DNA of 64,000 nucleotides, taken from contig JYFJ02001488.1 in NCBI GenBank assembly GCA_000934665.2, forward strand, positions 1 through 64,000. Direction: 5' to 3'. The notes below the pieces were generated by a model. It was not told where the DNA came from and did not search any database. It saw nothing but the letters and a program-made list of their open reading frames with translations. This DNA comes from Catajapyx aquilonaris (lineage: Eukaryota). Shown one piece after another: positions 63,313 through 64,000 of this stretch. The translations under genes and the position numbers were made by a program. Positions within the stretch are counted from its first letter, which is position 1; each line of letters starts with the position of its first letter.

Positions 63313-64000
63313 ATGGCCAACCTCCGTAAACACATGAGTAATTTGAAATCAGCAGGACAGTCATTAATTTTCTGGCAGAAGAATCAGCGAACTATTACTC
63401 CAGTTTACTCATGGGAAAGAGAACTAGGACTAACCTCTATCAATCGACAACTACTTTTACAAGCGTATCAAAAGCGACAATCTACTAATACTAGTTCAAA
63501 CTCTGGTTTTGCGTACATGTGCTTCAAGGACTACTGCCATCATACCTCTTTGCACGGATACAAGTACATTACCGAGGACTCGAACTGTAATTTTGAAAGG
63601 TAATATTCATGGTTTCAGGTCATATTTACCTGCGTACAATAATGCACATTACTTTCTTTACAGAATACTCTGGATAATATTTTGTGTATGTGCAACAATA
63701 GGAATGGCACTCTACTTACGCCCAGTGTTTGAGAGATACATGGAGACGCCAATTTCAACCAGTATAGACTCAGTGTCAGAACCAATTTGGAACGCGCCAT
63801 TTCCAGGAGTGACTATTTGCAATGTCAACAAAGCTATAAAATCAGTCGTGGACAATCTTCCAAACACTGCAAGGTAAGGACCACTTAACCATCGTGACAC
63901 CTTATTCGGTTAATGCGTTGCGGTTTATTCTTTACACAGATGGGGAGAGTATGAGGGGGTGGTTTCGAAAGACTTGATCAGATATTTGGCAAAAATGGGT
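63313..64000 (+). CDS. Second pickpocket-type DEG/ENaC subunit, tandem paralog, 3'-truncated by the window edge; exons 63313-63599, 63664-63873, 63940->64000
   Basis: YCHHTSLHGYKYI, ILWIIFCVCATIGMALYL, PISTSIDSVSEPIWNAPFPGVTICNVNKA. Intron positions and phases match the upstream paralog (exon 2 is 210 nt in both). Confidence 0.9.

Overview
Eukaryotic genomic DNA, very likely from an arthropod (insect or crustacean). It is not prokaryotic, and most ORFs in the supplied track are spurious. I rebuilt four intron-containing genes by hand from splice sites and reading-frame phase. (1) A 4-exon secreted protein (+, 7225-10385, ~886 aa) with three C-type lectin domains, a heptad-repeat segment and a long Ser/Thr/Pro mucin stalk. 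(2) A two-Ig-domain, probably GPI-anchored Dpr-family adhesion gene most like Drosophila dpr12 (-, five coding exons over 14850-57938, introns up to ~24 kb). Its signal-peptide exon was not found in the window. (3, 4) A tandem pair of pickpocket-type DEG/ENaC channel genes (+, 60044-62470 complete with 10 exons and one GC-AG intron; 63313 to the window end, truncated), possibly nested antisense in a dpr12 intron. Non-coding DNA holds non-autonomous Helitrons, hAT-, piggyBac- and Tc1/mariner-type MITEs, a TACGTA-rich compound satellite and two microsatellites. No rRNA, tRNA, CRISPR array or intact transposase was seen. The most unusual item is the lectin/coiled-coil/mucin protein. I found no clearly novel biological system beyond these leads.
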